Of a stretch of 64,000 nt of DNA, positions 10,465 to 22,300 are shown one piece after another (the first letter of the stretch is position 1; each line of letters begins with the position of its first letter). Below the pieces are notes generated by a model that was not told the DNA's origin, did no database searches, and saw only the letters and a program-made list of their open reading frames with translations. Position numbers and translations under genes: made by a program. The stretch is from contig JAWXCN010000032.1 of the NCBI GenBank assembly GCA_034408725.1, forward strand, positions 20,453 to 84,452. Reading direction: 5' to 3'. Source of the DNA: Candidatus Hydrogenedentota bacterium. Its GTDB lineage: Bacteria; Hydrogenedentota; Hydrogenedentia; Hydrogenedentales; SLHB01.

Positions 10465-10601
10465 CCGTCGCGGCTATATGTTGCTGCACGATGCGGCCGC
10501 GTGAGTCTAGGTATTGCCTGAACGCAGCGATTGACGGGGATAAGTTTGGAGTTGAACCTGCCGCGCCAAAACCGATGAATTCGGCGCTATGCAGCGCGGT
10601 T

Positions 10602-12074
10602 TTATTGAATGTACGGTGTGATTTCCAGGTCCCATCGACTTAATGTGACTGATTCAACATGCCCGTCGAGAAAAACTACCCCCCGCGCGGGCTGGTGTTC
10701 TGGCATTGCCGGCAGCAATTCGCGTGAAACCGCAACCGGCACGTCGCTGGCCAGCCTTGAGCGGCTCCAGGAGGGCATTTCGTCCCAAACAAGTGGAGCA
10801 TTCTGTGGGTCTATCTCTGCGGCGAACTCGATCAATTCACGTTCGGTTCGCGCGGGAGTTATCAAGTCGTAAGACAGATTTCCCTCTGCGACCCAAGGCG
10901 AATGCAGTATGTAAGGGTCCGCAAGATATTCGGGATATAGGGAGAACCATCCAGCGGGAAGATAGCCATTGTGCTCCCCCTGGAACATTTTCAGGGCAAG
11001 TCCAAGCAGTTTGAGGTTCATGAATTCCTGATTGCGCAATTCCTCCTGGGTAACGCCTTGCGCGGGACGCTCTTCGCCTGATAGCGGGAGCTGCGCGTCG
11101 CCTCGGTCCGTGGCCAGAAGGACCAGCGTCGGATTCTCAAATTCAATCTGCGCGATCGGCTTGTAGACTGGCGTCTCTCCGCCCCAGACTTCCCGTAGCC
11201 GCCGCTCCAGTTCAGTGAGGTTTTCCGCCGTTGGATTCTTTCGCAGTCCGAGCAGTTCTTCTTTCGGAAGACTCACCGTACTGCCTCTCTGTCCCGCCGC
11301 GAGATAGGTGATTTTCCGGCCGGGTTGATTGTCGAGGATCGATGGATCATCCAGAAAATCAGGCACGAGTTGGTTCAAGGAGACAGGAAAGGAACCATGA
11401 TGCGCGGCAGCAAAATCCAACAATGCCTGCGCGAGTTTCGTGACTTCGGACATGCGCCGCGCTCGCAGATCGATGGCTTCCTGTTCTTGTAGTATTTGCG
11501 CTTCCGGGAGTCTGATCAGTTTCATCCCTCCGTCGTCCATGGAGTAAAACTCCCCATTGAACGTGAACCAGCTTTGGCCGATGGCTTCGGTCAACGTTGG
11601 GTTGAGTTGTCCCTCGAACACGCGGGCAATGTTTTCCCGGGGTTCAAATGTGAGGATCAGTCGCAGCCCTGTTTCAACCTTTGCTTTTGCGCTATCGGAA
11701 TTCCCGCCAGTTACATTGAGCACGGCGCCATCGTGTTTGAATTGAAGCCGTCCACGTGAAAATTCCTCGCCGGTATCAGCGATGGTGAAACGTTCCCACG
11801 TTCCATCAAGTTTGGGTGCAATGTCGAGCTCTTCGGCTGCCGTAGGCTCCTCGACTGGTAGCGCGGCCGCGGGCATCACCGTTGGCGCGGCTTGTGGCGG
11901 TAGTTCCGGCGGGGTCGGGGCTGGTGCTGGCGATGCACTTCTGGAAGCGACTGGCTTGATTGGAGTTGGAGCGTCATCGGTCCGCGCGACGAAGTAAACC
12001 GCGACGCCGGCTACAACAGCCAGAACCAATATTTGGATGGACTTCATGATCGCGCGGACTGGTGGAGTGATCAT
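10602..12074 (-). CDS. Membrane-anchored hypothetical protein with degenerate DUF1559/H-X9-DG-like modules
   Basis: N-terminal TM and Pro-rich linker; 'MNLKLLGLALKMFQGEHNGYLP...LYPEYL' and C-terminal 'GVVFLDGHVE'; start is 12074 (GGGAG RBS) or 12047. Confidence 0.7.
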   Translation of the reverse strand: MITPPVRAIMKSIQILVLAVVAGVAVYFVARTDDAPTPIKPVASRSASPAPAPTPPELPPQAAPTVMPAAALPVEEPTAAEELDIAPKLDGTWERFTIADTGEEFSRGRLQFKHDGAVLNVTGGNSDSAKAKVETGLRLILTFEPRENIARVFEGQLNPTLTEAIGQSWFTFNGEFYSMDDGGMKLIRLPEAQILQEQEAIDLRARRMSEVTKLAQALLDFAAAHHGSFPVSLNQLVPDFLDDPSILDNQPGRKITYLAAGQRGSTVSLPKEELLGLRKNPTAENLTELERRLREVWGGETPVYKPIAQIEFENPTLVLLATDRGDAQLPLSGEERPAQGVTQEELRNQEFMNLKLLGLALKMFQGEHNGYLPAGWFSLYPEYLADPYILHSPWVAEGNLSYDLITPARTERELIEFAAEIDPQNAPLVWDEMPSWSRSRLASDVPVAVSRELLPAMPEHQPARGVVFLDGHVESVTLSRWDLEITPYIQ

Positions 12075-12255
12075 AGAAAACTCCCTGTATTGTTTACTGT
12101 AAATGGCGGCAGGGGTGTAAAGCGATCTATTGGTTGGCGACGGGACATGCTGGTCTTTTGGCAAACGAGGCGGTGCGAACGCGGATTATCGAGCAACGAT
12201 TGCGATGACCAGCACGAGCAGGAAAAAATAGGACGAGTATGAGGGATTGGGTGAA

Positions 12256-12305
12256 TGGAGACCCTACGGTCGGGGGGAGTGGCGCGGTCGGAGACCGGCC
12301 ACAAC
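12256..12305 (+). repeat. ~50-bp REP-like element, family A, copy 1
   Basis: TGGAGACC...CGGTCG...GTGGCGCGGTCGGAGACCGGCCACAAC; also at 24865, 31951 and 32211; flanked by degenerate CGAGCA hexamers. Confidence 0.85.
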
Positions 12306-12443
12306 GGCAGTACGTGGCGAACGCCGATTATCGAGTAACGGGCACGAGCACGAGCCGAACACGAGCCGAACACGATCGAGAGCACGAGGATATACTAAAT
12401 TCCGATCGGGGGCTTTTGTGCGAGGTAGCTGGAGGAGTCGATT

Positions 12444-13169
12444 GTGAGTGGTACATTGAATCGTGAGCCGGTGCGTTACGTCACGGTCGAAGAAATGCGC
12501 GAGGCGGACCGGCGTTGCATCGAGGACATCGGCATTCCTGGCGCGGTGTTGATGAACAACGCGGGGGCCGCAGTGTTTCGCGAGGTGGATTCCGGGCCGG
12601 TGGGCATCGTGTGCGGGAAGGGGAACAACGGTGGCGACGGGTTCGTCGTCGCGCGGCTGGCTTTATTGGCGGGGTACGGCACGCGCGTAGTTCTCGTTGC
12701 TGAACCTGAGTCCATTAGCGGCGATGCCGCGACCTTCATGCGGGTGTACGAGCGGCTGGGCGGCAGAATTGATGTCGCCCTGACTGAACTGAAAGCGGCG
12801 AATGAGCTGACCGCGTTGTCGTCGTGCCATGTCTTGATTGATGCGCTGTTGGGCACCGGCATGCAAGGCGACGTGCGCGGACCCGCGCGCGCGGCGATTG
12901 ACGCCTGGCCCGACGTTAGGACTATCGCAGTGGATTTGCCGTCGGGGCTTCACGCGGATACGGGAGAAATTTGTGGTGCGTGTGTGCGCGCTGATGTCAC
13001 GGTCACGTTTCAGTACCCGAAACGGGGATTCCAGAACCCAGCGGCGGCAGAGTATGTGGGCCGGTTGGCGATCGCGGATATAGGAATTCCGGCCAGTTGT
13101 ATCGAGGGAGGAAGGGGGGAAGGCAGGAAGCGAGGAAGCGAGGAAGTTAGGAAGCAAGAGTGTGAGTAG
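12444..13169 (+). CDS. nnrE: NAD(P)H-hydrate epimerase (stand-alone YjeF N-terminal domain)
   Basis: 'LMNNAG', 'CGKGNNGGDG', 'IDALLGTG', 'AVDLPSG', 'IADIGIP'. Confidence 0.92.
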   Translation: MSGTLNREPVRYVTVEEMREADRRCIEDIGIPGAVLMNNAGAAVFREVDSGPVGIVCGKGNNGGDGFVVARLALLAGYGTRVVLVAEPESISGDAATFMRVYERLGGRIDVALTELKAANELTALSSCHVLIDALLGTGMQGDVRGPARAAIDAWPDVRTIAVDLPSGLHADTGEICGACVRADVTVTFQYPKRGFQNPAAAEYVGRLAIADIGIPASCIEGGRGEGRKRGSEEVRKQECE

Positions 13170-13179
13170 GGAATGTCGT

Positions 13180-13428
13180 TTACTTCCGAACGCTAATCCA
13201 TCCAATTTCTATTTCCTCGAATACAAGCTCGGCCGGTATGGGTACGGATGATCCCGCAACGAAGTCGTTATGACGACGTTCGACTTCATCAGCCCACGTA
13301 GCATCGATTTCAGGATCGATACCCGACGTATCGGGTAGCGAATCAAGTAAATGCGCAACGAGTTGGAATCTGTCGTATTCATCCAATAGAAGGGCTTCAT
13401 TTTTCAGATCGTCCAGTGTGCGCGGCAT
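13180..13428 (-). CDS. Addiction-module (TIGR02574-like) antitoxin, no adjacent toxin
   Basis: 'ALLLDEYDRFQLVAHLLDSL...IDATWADEVERR...IPAELVF'. Confidence 0.75.
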   Translation of the reverse strand: MPRTLDDLKNEALLLDEYDRFQLVAHLLDSLPDTSGIDPEIDATWADEVERRHNDFVAGSSVPIPAELVFEEIEIGWISVRK

Positions 13429-13459
13429 TTCAACGGACCTCCAGACAGAAAACCGATTG

Positions 13460-14239
13460 CTACACGTAAACCGTGCCTTCCGAGTATAGCACGGCGTTTC
13501 CTGCAATCGACACGCGAGCGCCGCGGTCTTCGCACCAGATTTCGCCGGTGCGGGCGGAGATTTGGCGGGCGAACAATGTTTTCTTTTTCAGCCGTTGTGA
13601 CCAGTACGGGATTAGCGTGCAATGCGCGGAACCCGTCACCGGGTCTTCGTTGATGCCTTGGGCGGGCGCGAAAAAGCGGGACACGAAATCGCAGTCCTTG
13701 CCTGGGGCAGTGGCGATGACGGCAAACCGGTCGAGGCCATTCAGTAGTTCGAAATCCGGGGAAAGTGCGCGGACCTGATCCTCGTTGTCGAAGACGCAAA
13801 AGTAGTCGCGCGCCGCGAGGGTTACACCGGGTTGCGCGCCGAGTCCCGAAACGAGATTTGGGTGTGGTGCGCACGGTTCCGGCGGACGGCTCGGGAAATC
13901 CATCTCGAAATTGTCTCCACTCTTCGCGACGACCAGTTCGCCGCTGGCGGTTTGAAAGCGTATTGATTCGCCGCTGAATTGCAGATGGTTGAACAAAACG
14001 AATGCACTCGCCAGCGTGGCATGTCCGCAAAGGTCAACCTCGACCGCCGGGGTGAACCAGCGCAAGCGGAAATGGCCATTCTCCGGAACGAAGAACGCGG
14101 TTTCCGACAGGTTGTTTTCCGCCGCGATGGCCTGAAGTGTGGAATCTTCCAGCCATGTTTCGAGCGGACAGACGGCGGCGGGATTTCCGCTGAATGGTTG
14201 CGTGGTGAATGCGTCTACGTGATATACCGGAATGCGCAC
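13460..14239 (-). CDS. PhzF family isomerase/epimerase
   Basis: 'VDAFT...GNPAAV', 'NLSETAF', 'EVDLCGHATLA', 'EDPVTGSAH'. Confidence 0.93.
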   Translation of the reverse strand: MRIPVYHVDAFTTQPFSGNPAAVCPLETWLEDSTLQAIAAENNLSETAFFVPENGHFRLRWFTPAVEVDLCGHATLASAFVLFNHLQFSGESIRFQTASGELVVAKSGDNFEMDFPSRPPEPCAPHPNLVSGLGAQPGVTLAARDYFCVFDNEDQVRALSPDFELLNGLDRFAVIATAPGKDCDFVSRFFAPAQGINEDPVTGSAHCTLIPYWSQRLKKKTLFARQISARTGEIWCEDRGARVSIAGNAVLYSEGTVYV

Positions 14240-14330
14240 AGGAGTTCTCCAATCGGTAGTTGTCTAATGGCTCCGCATGCGCACCATATTAGTCCGTTTC
14301 GTTGTTTTTGCGGCCAAGGAGTGATAGACT

Positions 14331-14339
14331 TGCTATAAT
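14331..14339 (+). promoter_or_regulatory. Extended -10 promoter element upstream of the FAAL-PKS operon
   Basis: TGCTATAAT about 180 nt upstream of the FAAL ATG. Confidence 0.5.
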
Positions 14340-14519
14340 CTTGCTCTAACGTTATGCAGCGGAGTTGGTTAGCGCGTATGCCCGGAGCAGGGATTCCAAG
14401 GGATTCGCGTGATACAAGTCCGCAACCGTGCAGCGAATTCCGCAGTCTAAGGATTTGCAGGAGTCTGTCCGAGGGACGACGGCTTCCTCCTTAATGAGGA
14501 TCGGTACGGAGTATATCGA

Positions 14520-16325
14520 ATGACGACAGCATCGGCAGCCGTAGCGTGGGCGCCACAAACCAGTGAAATTGAAAGCCGGGCGCAAAATGCCGGTATTCCC
14601 ATCCATGCCAACACCGTGGACGAAGTATTGCGCATTCGTGCGGAAGCGCATCCGGACGAGATTGCCTACGTCTTTCTCGAAGACGGCGAAGTTGAAGGCC
14701 CTTCGTATACCTATGCGCAGTTGGACCGCCGCGCAAAGGCGATCGCCGCGTATCTGTTGGAGCAATGCAACCCGGGCGACCGAGCGCTGCTGATTTTCCC
14801 GCCTGGCCTGGATTATATGGCCGCATTTTTTGGGTGCTTATACGCGGGCGTCGTGGCGGTGCCCGTGTATCCGCCCGATCCGGGCCGGTTAAACCGGAGC
14901 CTTCCGCGACTAAAAGTTATCGCGAACGACGCGGACACGCATATCGCGTTGACGACGAATTACGTGATGCCGTTGTGCGAAATGTTTTCCGCGCAGGACC
15001 CGGACTTCGCAAAGTTCACTTGGATGCCGGTGGACTCCATTCCGGATGAGAAGGCTGACAGTTGGCGCGGCGAAATCTCGAAGTCTGACAGCGTCGCGTT
15101 TCTACAGTACACTTCCGGATCCACGGCGGACCCGAAAGGCGTGATGGTCACGCATGCAAACCTCCTCTACAACCTTTGGGATTTGAGCTATCTCTGGCAT
15201 AGCGAAATGGCGCGGGGACGGCTGGTGACGTGGTTGCCGGCGTACCACGACATGGGGCTGATCTTTGGTCTGTTGTATCCCATGTATCTGCGGTGGCCGT
15301 GCTACGTGATGTCGCCGCTTGCGTTCTTGCAGCATCCAGTTCGATGGTTGCAGGCGATTGCCAAGTACAAGGCGACGTACAGTTGCGCGCCGAATTTCGC
15401 GTTTGATTTGTGTTCGCGAAAGGTTACCGCGGCGCAAAAGGCGTCCCTTGATCTGTCGTCATGGAGTGTTGCGGGAAACGGGTCCGAACCGATCCGGCCT
15501 GAAACGCTTGAAAGGTTTGTCGAAGCATTCAAGGAATGTGGCATAACGCCGAGCCTATTCAAACCCGGTTATGGTCTTGCCGAAGCCACGTTGAAGGTGT
15601 GCGGCACGCGACCGGACGAAATGTACTGGACACTGTCGGTTTCGGGTGAAGAACTTGAGCACCATCGTGTAGTCATTGTTGCGCGCGACACTCCTGGCGC
15701 GCGCACGCTCGTGGGCAACGGCCGCTCGCATCTCACCACGCGCACGATCATAGTTGATCGCGACACGGGCATTCAGTGCAAACCGGATACGGTCGGCGAA
15801 ATATGGGTCGCGGGGCCGACAATTGCCAACGGCTATTGGAACCAGCCTGAAGCGACGGATGAAATTTTTAATGCGCGGCTGTCGGACACCAACGAAGGGC
15901 CGTTCTTGCGCACGGGCGATCTGGGATTCCTTCACGATGGGGTCGTGTACGTCACGGGTCGAATCAAGGACCTGATTATTGTCGACGGCGCGAACCATTA
16001 CCCGCAGGACATCGAAATCGCGGTCGAGAAAAGTCACGCCGCCATTCGGCCCGGGTGCGTCATTGCGTTCTCAATTGTGGAGAACGGCGAAGAAAAACTG
16101 GTCGTCGTGGCCGAGGCCGGCGGCATCCCTGAAGGGGACAACGAAGCGAAGCCGGTCATTACGGCTGTGCGCAAAGCCGTCGCGCAGGAACACAATTTGC
16201 GGGTCCATAAAGTATGTTTGATCCAGCCGCGCTCAATCACAAAAACCAGTAGCGGAAAGTTGCAGCGGCAAGCGTCGAAGCGCGGCTACCTGGAAGACAC
16301 ACTCGACGTCATTGCGGTCGGATAG
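14520..16325 (+). CDS. Fatty acyl-AMP ligase (FAAL)
   Basis: 'FLQYTSGSTADPKGV', 'WLPAYHDMGLI', 'APNFAFDLC', 'GYGLAEATL' followed by the FAAL-type insertion, 'FLRTGDLGF', 'KTSSGKLQR'. Confidence 0.93.
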   Translation: MTTASAAVAWAPQTSEIESRAQNAGIPIHANTVDEVLRIRAEAHPDEIAYVFLEDGEVEGPSYTYAQLDRRAKAIAAYLLEQCNPGDRALLIFPPGLDYMAAFFGCLYAGVVAVPVYPPDPGRLNRSLPRLKVIANDADTHIALTTNYVMPLCEMFSAQDPDFAKFTWMPVDSIPDEKADSWRGEISKSDSVAFLQYTSGSTADPKGVMVTHANLLYNLWDLSYLWHSEMARGRLVTWLPAYHDMGLIFGLLYPMYLRWPCYVMSPLAFLQHPVRWLQAIAKYKATYSCAPNFAFDLCSRKVTAAQKASLDLSSWSVAGNGSEPIRPETLERFVEAFKECGITPSLFKPGYGLAEATLKVCGTRPDEMYWTLSVSGEELEHHRVVIVARDTPGARTLVGNGRSHLTTRTIIVDRDTGIQCKPDTVGEIWVAGPTIANGYWNQPEATDEIFNARLSDTNEGPFLRTGDLGFLHDGVVYVTGRIKDLIIVDGANHYPQDIEIAVEKSHAAIRPGCVIAFSIVENGEEKLVVVAEAGGIPEGDNEAKPVITAVRKAVAQEHNLRVHKVCLIQPRSITKTSSGKLQRQASKRGYLEDTLDVIAVG

Positions 16326-16364
16326 GCATTTGGCCACCTTGGCCTGAATTTAGGATGGTTTCCA

Positions 16365-19300
16365 TTGCAGAGTAAAGAAGCGATTCAAGCCTGGATCATC
16401 GCCCACCTTTCGGAAGAGACGGGCATTGATGCGCGCGAGATCGATCCTAACGCGGCATTTGATGATCTCGGTGTCGCCTCGCGCGACGCGGTGACCCTGT
16501 CGGGCGATTTGGAAGATTGGCTTGGCCGTACGTTGTCCCCGACGTTGTTGTGGGACCATCCGTCGATTGCGGCTCTGGCCGAACATCTTGCGGGCGGAGC
16601 GCCTCTGGCTGGAAGCGCAACGGCGCACGTGCTCGTGGCGGAAGTTCACGAACCCATTGCAATCATAGGAATTGGCCTTAAGGTTCCGGGTGCGTCATCG
16701 CCATCTGAATTTTGGTCAATGTTGATCGAGGGCCGGGACGCCATTGGCGCCGTGCCCGCGGATCGCTGGGACAACGCGGCCTATTACGATCCCAACCCCG
16801 GCACGGCCGGAAAAATGTACACGGAACGCGGCGGTTTTCTCGATCGCGTCGATTTGTTTGATGCCGATTTTTTCGGAATCCCGCCGCGCGAAGCGGCGCG
16901 TATGGATCCTCAGCAGCGGTTGTTGATCGAGGCGGCGTGGGAAGCACTCGAAGACGCGGGCATCGCGCCGCCGAGTCTCGCGGGCAGCGACACGTCGGTG
17001 TTCGTTGGCATCAGTTCGAGCGATTACGCGCAGCTTCAAATGAGCGATCCATCCCTGGTTGATGCCTACGCAGGCACGGGAAACGCGCACAGCCTCGCGG
17101 CAAACCGGATTTCATATTTCCTTGATCTGCGCGGGCCGAGCGTTGCGATTGATACGGCGTGTTCGTCGTCCTTGGTCGCAGTGCATCAGGCCGTGGGTAG
17201 TTTGCGTAAGGGCGAGAGCAGTATCGCGCTCGCGGGCGGAGTCAACGTGCTGCTCTCACCAGAAGTGAACATGGTGTTTTCGCATGCGCGCATGATGGCG
17301 CCGGACGGACGTTGCAAAACTTTTGACGCAACCGCGGACGGATATGTGCGGGGCGAGGGTTGCGGCGTCGTGGTGTTGAAACGCCTTTCCCGCGCGGTGG
17401 CCGATGGCGATTCGATCTATGCCGTGATTCGCGGTACCGCTATCAACCACGATGGACGAAGCAATGGCATTACCGCTCCGAACGGGTTGGCGCAACAGGA
17501 CGTGATTCGCCGCGCACTGGCCGATGCGGGCCTGCAATCAACCGACGTGGGATATGTCGAAGCACACGGCACGGGCACGTCGCTCGGCGATCCCATTGAA
17601 GTCGAGTCTTTGAAAGCGGTGCTGTTGCCGTCGCGCGACGCGAATGCGCCGGTCGTGCTTGGCGCGTTGAAAACAAATATAGGCCACCTTGAGGCCGCTG
17701 CGGGGATTGTGGGTTTGATTAAGACCGCGCTGGTGCTCGACAAAGGTGTGATACCCGCGACGCTGCACGTGCGCGAGGTGAACCCGCTGATCCAGTTGGA
17801 CGGCACGCCGATGCGAATCGCTGTCGAACAGGAGCCGTGGCCGCGGGGAGCGCGTCCGCGTATCGCCGGCGTCAGCTCATTCGGGTTCGGCGGTGCGAAC
17901 GCGCACGCGGTGCTTGAAGAAGCGCCAGAAACCGCAAACAAGAAACCGGCACATGAAGACCGTCCGCAGCACGTGCTTGCGTTGTCCGCAAAGACTGAAT
18001 CCGCGTTGCGAACGTTGGCGGGCTCATACGCAAACGAATTGAACACGCATCCGGGTTCTTTTCCGGACTTTTGCTACACCGCGAACATTGGCCGCTCGGG
18101 ACTCGAGAATCGCGCGTCGATACTTGGCTCGAACGCGGCGGACGCAGTCGCTGCGCTTCGGGAAATTGCCCAAGGCGAAACGCCGAAACCGGTGGTGGCC
18201 GGCACGGCGCCGCGCGGCGCTTCAACGCCGGTTGCATTTTTATTTACGGGCCAGGGTTCGCAGTTTGTACAAATGGGCCGTGGATTGTATGAAAGCAACC
18301 CGGTATTCCGGCGCGTCATGCAGGAATGCGACGAAGTACTGGGCACGCGGCTTGACAAGCCACTGTTGGACATCATCTATCCACGCGAGGGCGAGACTTC
18401 GCCGTTGGATGAAACGGCGTATACCCAGCCCGCGTTGTTTGCAATTGAATATGCGTTATCCGAAGTCTGGCGTTCATGGGGCGTCACGCCCGCGTGCGTG
18501 ATGGGCCACAGCGTGGGCGAGTACGTCGCCGCGTGCGTCGCGGGCGTGTTCACCTTCGAGGACGGCTTAAAACTTATCACCGAGCGCGCGCGCCTGATGG
18601 GCGCGATGCCGCCGGGCGGAACGATGGCCGCCGTGCTTATAGATGCGGAGACGGTGAAACTTGGACTTGCCGAACATGCCGGCGCGGTGACGATCGCTGC
18701 CGTGAACGGACCTGCGAACACGGTCATATCCGGTGCGGAAGAACTGGTTGATGCGATTTGCGCGCAGTTCAAAGCGCAGGGCATCAAATCTGTCAAGCTG
18801 GCGGTATCGCATGCGTTTCATTCGCCGCTGATGGACCCGATGCTCGAGCCGTTCGAAAAGTTTGCCGCGGGATTCACGTTTAAGCCGCCGCGTATTCCGC
18901 TCGTATCCAATCTGATTGGACAGATTCCTGCCGCGGATTTTGCGTTCGATGCAGCCTACTGGCGCAAACACCTTCGCGAAGCGGTGCAATTCCATGCCGG
19001 CATTCAGTCGATGGTGAGCCGCGGCTACACAACATTCGTCGAGGCGGGACCGCAGGCAACGCTGTCGAGTATGGCTGCGCGATGTGTCGAAAAGGACGCC
19101 GCCGCGTGGTTGCCGTCGCTTGCGAAAGGCCAGGACGATTGGCACGTAATATTGCGGTCCCTGCAAACGCTGTATGTAAAGGGCGCATCGATAAACTGGA
19201 AAAGTTTCGATGCCCCCTATTCGCGCGCGCGCGTTCCGATTCCCACGTATCCGTTCGAGCGTAAGCGGCATTGGCTTGATGTAAATGCGCAAGTCGCGGG

Positions 19301-22300
19301 CGCACCGGTTAAAAAAACGCATCCGATGCCAACACGCTTGCCATCAAAGGACATGGGCGATTGGCTGTACCACGTGCGGTGGATCGAGCAACCTCGCCAA
19401 CCGGCGACTACGGCTACTCCCACGCACTGGATTTTGCTCGCCGACACGAAAGGCGTCGCCGATGCGCTTGCGCAACGCATTCGCGCGCGCGGTGGCCGTG
19501 CGGTTCTCGTTCGACACGGCGCGAGTTATATCGCAACAGGGTCCGATGAGGTGATTCTTGATCCCGCGAGCGACATACAGTTCGATCAACTGTGGAACGA
19601 ATTCGGGACTGGGTGCGGTCGCGTAGTCCATTTGTGGTCACTGGATGCGCCGGCGCTGGAGGAAGCGACATTGGCGGCACTGCATCGCGCGCACGTGTTG
19701 GGTTGCGGCGCTGCGCTGCATTTGATTCAGTCCATCACCGCGTCCGGCGAACAGAGCGGGCGAAATGCGGCAAGTCATCCGCGGCGGCTGTTGTGGTGCA
19801 TTACGCGCGGCGCGCAGGTTGTCGCGGCATCTACCGCCGGTGTGCAGGCCGCGCAAGCGCCGCTGTGGGGATTTGGCCGCAGCGCGGCGTTGGAAAACGC
19901 GGCGCTCTGGGGCGGCATGATCGATCTCGATCCGCTCGCGGATGCGAATGATATCGAAGCATTGCTTTTCGAACTCGACGCGCCTGACGCTGAAAACCAG
20001 ATGGCGTTGCGCGGAGGCGCACGTTATGTAGCAAGGTTCGCGCGGATCAAGGACGCACTTCCCACAAACGGAATTGGCCACATCAAGTGCCGCGAAGATG
20101 CGACGTATGTCGTTACCGGCGGATTGGGCGGATTGGGCTTGCAAGTGGCGAAATGGCTTGGTGATCGCGGCGCGAAACATATCGTGTTGTTCGGACGCAC
20201 GCCACTACCGTCACGCGACCAGTGGGAAACATTAAGCGATGACGCGCGCGAGCGCGTCGATGCCGTGCAGGCGCTTGAGGCGCGAGGCGTTGCGGTGCGC
20301 TGCGAGCCCGTGGATGTTTCCGACGAGACGGCCCTTCAATCGTTTATTGATGCGCATGCGCGGAACGGAATGCCCGCGATCCGCGGCATCGTACACGCCG
20401 CGGGCGTCATTGACGATCATACCGTGAACGAGCTCAGCATGGACTCGCTGACGGCCGTGATGCGCCCAAAAGTGGACGGAACGATGCTGTTGCACCGTCA
20501 CTTTGGCGGGCACGGCAACGGTTCGGGCGATCCGCTTGATTTTTTTGTGATGTTTTCGTCGGTGGCATCCGTGATGGGATCGCCGGGCCAGGCCAACTAT
20601 GCCGCGGGCAACGCGTTCATGGACGCACTAGCCCATCATCGGCGCGCGCAAGGGCGCACCGCTCTGAGCATCAATTGGGGGCCTTGGGCTGAAGTCGGGA
20701 TCGCTTCTCGTGGCGATATTCAAAAGCGGTTGTCGATGCAGGGCATCGGCTGCATCCAACCTGAAGACGGAATTGCCGCGCTGGATTCGCTTTTGTCCGC
20801 GGATGCGGAACAGGTGGGCGTGTTGCAGGCGGACTGGGACAAGCTGGTCACGCGCGCGCCCGGCATTGCCGAGTCCCCGCTGTTCGCGGAACTGTTGAAC
20901 GGACACGCAAAACGGGCGGAAGCAGCACCCGGCAAGCCTCTGGGCCGTGGGGTGGCAAGCGACGTTGAGGCGATCGAAGCATTATTGCGGCGGCAGGTCG
21001 CGCAGATTCTTTATCGCGACGAGGAAGAGATATCCGTTGATCGCAATTTCGGCGAACTAGGCCTTGATTCGATCATGTTGATGGAACTCGTGAACAGCGT
21101 CGAACGCGACATTGGCGTGCGGTTGTTTCCGAAAGAACTGTTCGATCGGCCGACAATAGCCGCTCTTGCGCCTTATTTGGTCGGCGAAGTCGCTAAGTAC
21201 GAAGCGCGCGTGGAGGGTAAGGCCCCTTCGACCGGCGCAGGCGTGCGCGTCGCATTGCCGGCGGTACGGTTGAAAAAAATCGGCCCCGCGGTGCGCAACA
21301 AACCGATTGCATTTCTGTTGTCCGCGCCGCGTTCCGGTTCTACGCTTTCGCGCGTGATGCTCGCCGGACACAAGGACCTGTTTTGCCCGCCAGAATTGCA
21401 CTTTCTGCAATGCAACAGCATGGGCGAGTGGCGCGAAGGCATTGGCGCGACATATATCAGCGAAGGACTGCAACGCGCGTTGATGGAATTGCATAACCTG
21501 GATGCGGATGCGGCGCGGGTGATGTACGAGCAGTGGGTGCGCGAAGATTGGCCAGTGGAAAAGGCTTACGCGGCGATTCAGGAAGCGGCGGGCCCGCGCT
21601 TGCTCATTGACAAGTCACCTTCGTATGGAACGGACATCGAAGTGCTCGAACACGCTGAACGCCTGTTCGACGGACCGAAATATATTCACCTGGTGCGGCA
21701 CCCCTATTCCGTGATCGAATCTTTCATGCGCAATCGCTTCGAGAAAATACTCGGCGATACCGATGCCGAGCCGATGGCGTTGGCGGAAGAAGTCTGGACT
21801 TTGATGAATGCAAACATCAGCGATTTCTTATCCACTATCGACGACAAACGGAAATGCCTGGTTCATTACGAAGACATCGTCGCGAAACCCGAAGAGACGA
21901 TGCAGCGCCTATGCGAATTTCTCGATGTGCCATACGATCCCGCGGTCATCAAACCCTACGAAGGTGAACGCATGACTGACGGCATTCACAACAAATCGAT
22001 GGGCATTGGGGATCCGAATTTCCTCAAGCACAAGGAAATTGATCCGTCGCTGGGCGAAGTGTGGAAACGCATTCGGCTTCCGCGCAAGCTGGGCGGGTTC
22101 GCGCGGCGCGTCGCAGCCGAATTGGAATATGTTTTGCCAGTGGAAACGCCGGGGTCGATCAACGCCGATCTGGGTATTTCGTCAACCGTCCCGCACGTTG
22201 TCGCAATCCAGCCCAAGGGAGATCGTCCGCCGTTTTTCTGTTGCGCGCCCGCGGGCGGCATGACGTACATGTACTTCCATCTACCGCGCTACCTCGGCGA

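Noticed and set aside
13460-14239. Phenazine biosynthesis linked to the PKS
   Set aside because: Lone PhzF-family gene, divergently transcribed, with no other phz genes
14345-14519. Cobalamin or other riboswitch in the long FAAL leader
   Set aside because: Only a vague 'CCGCAACCGTG' resemblance; the GGGAA/B12-box elements are not convincingly present
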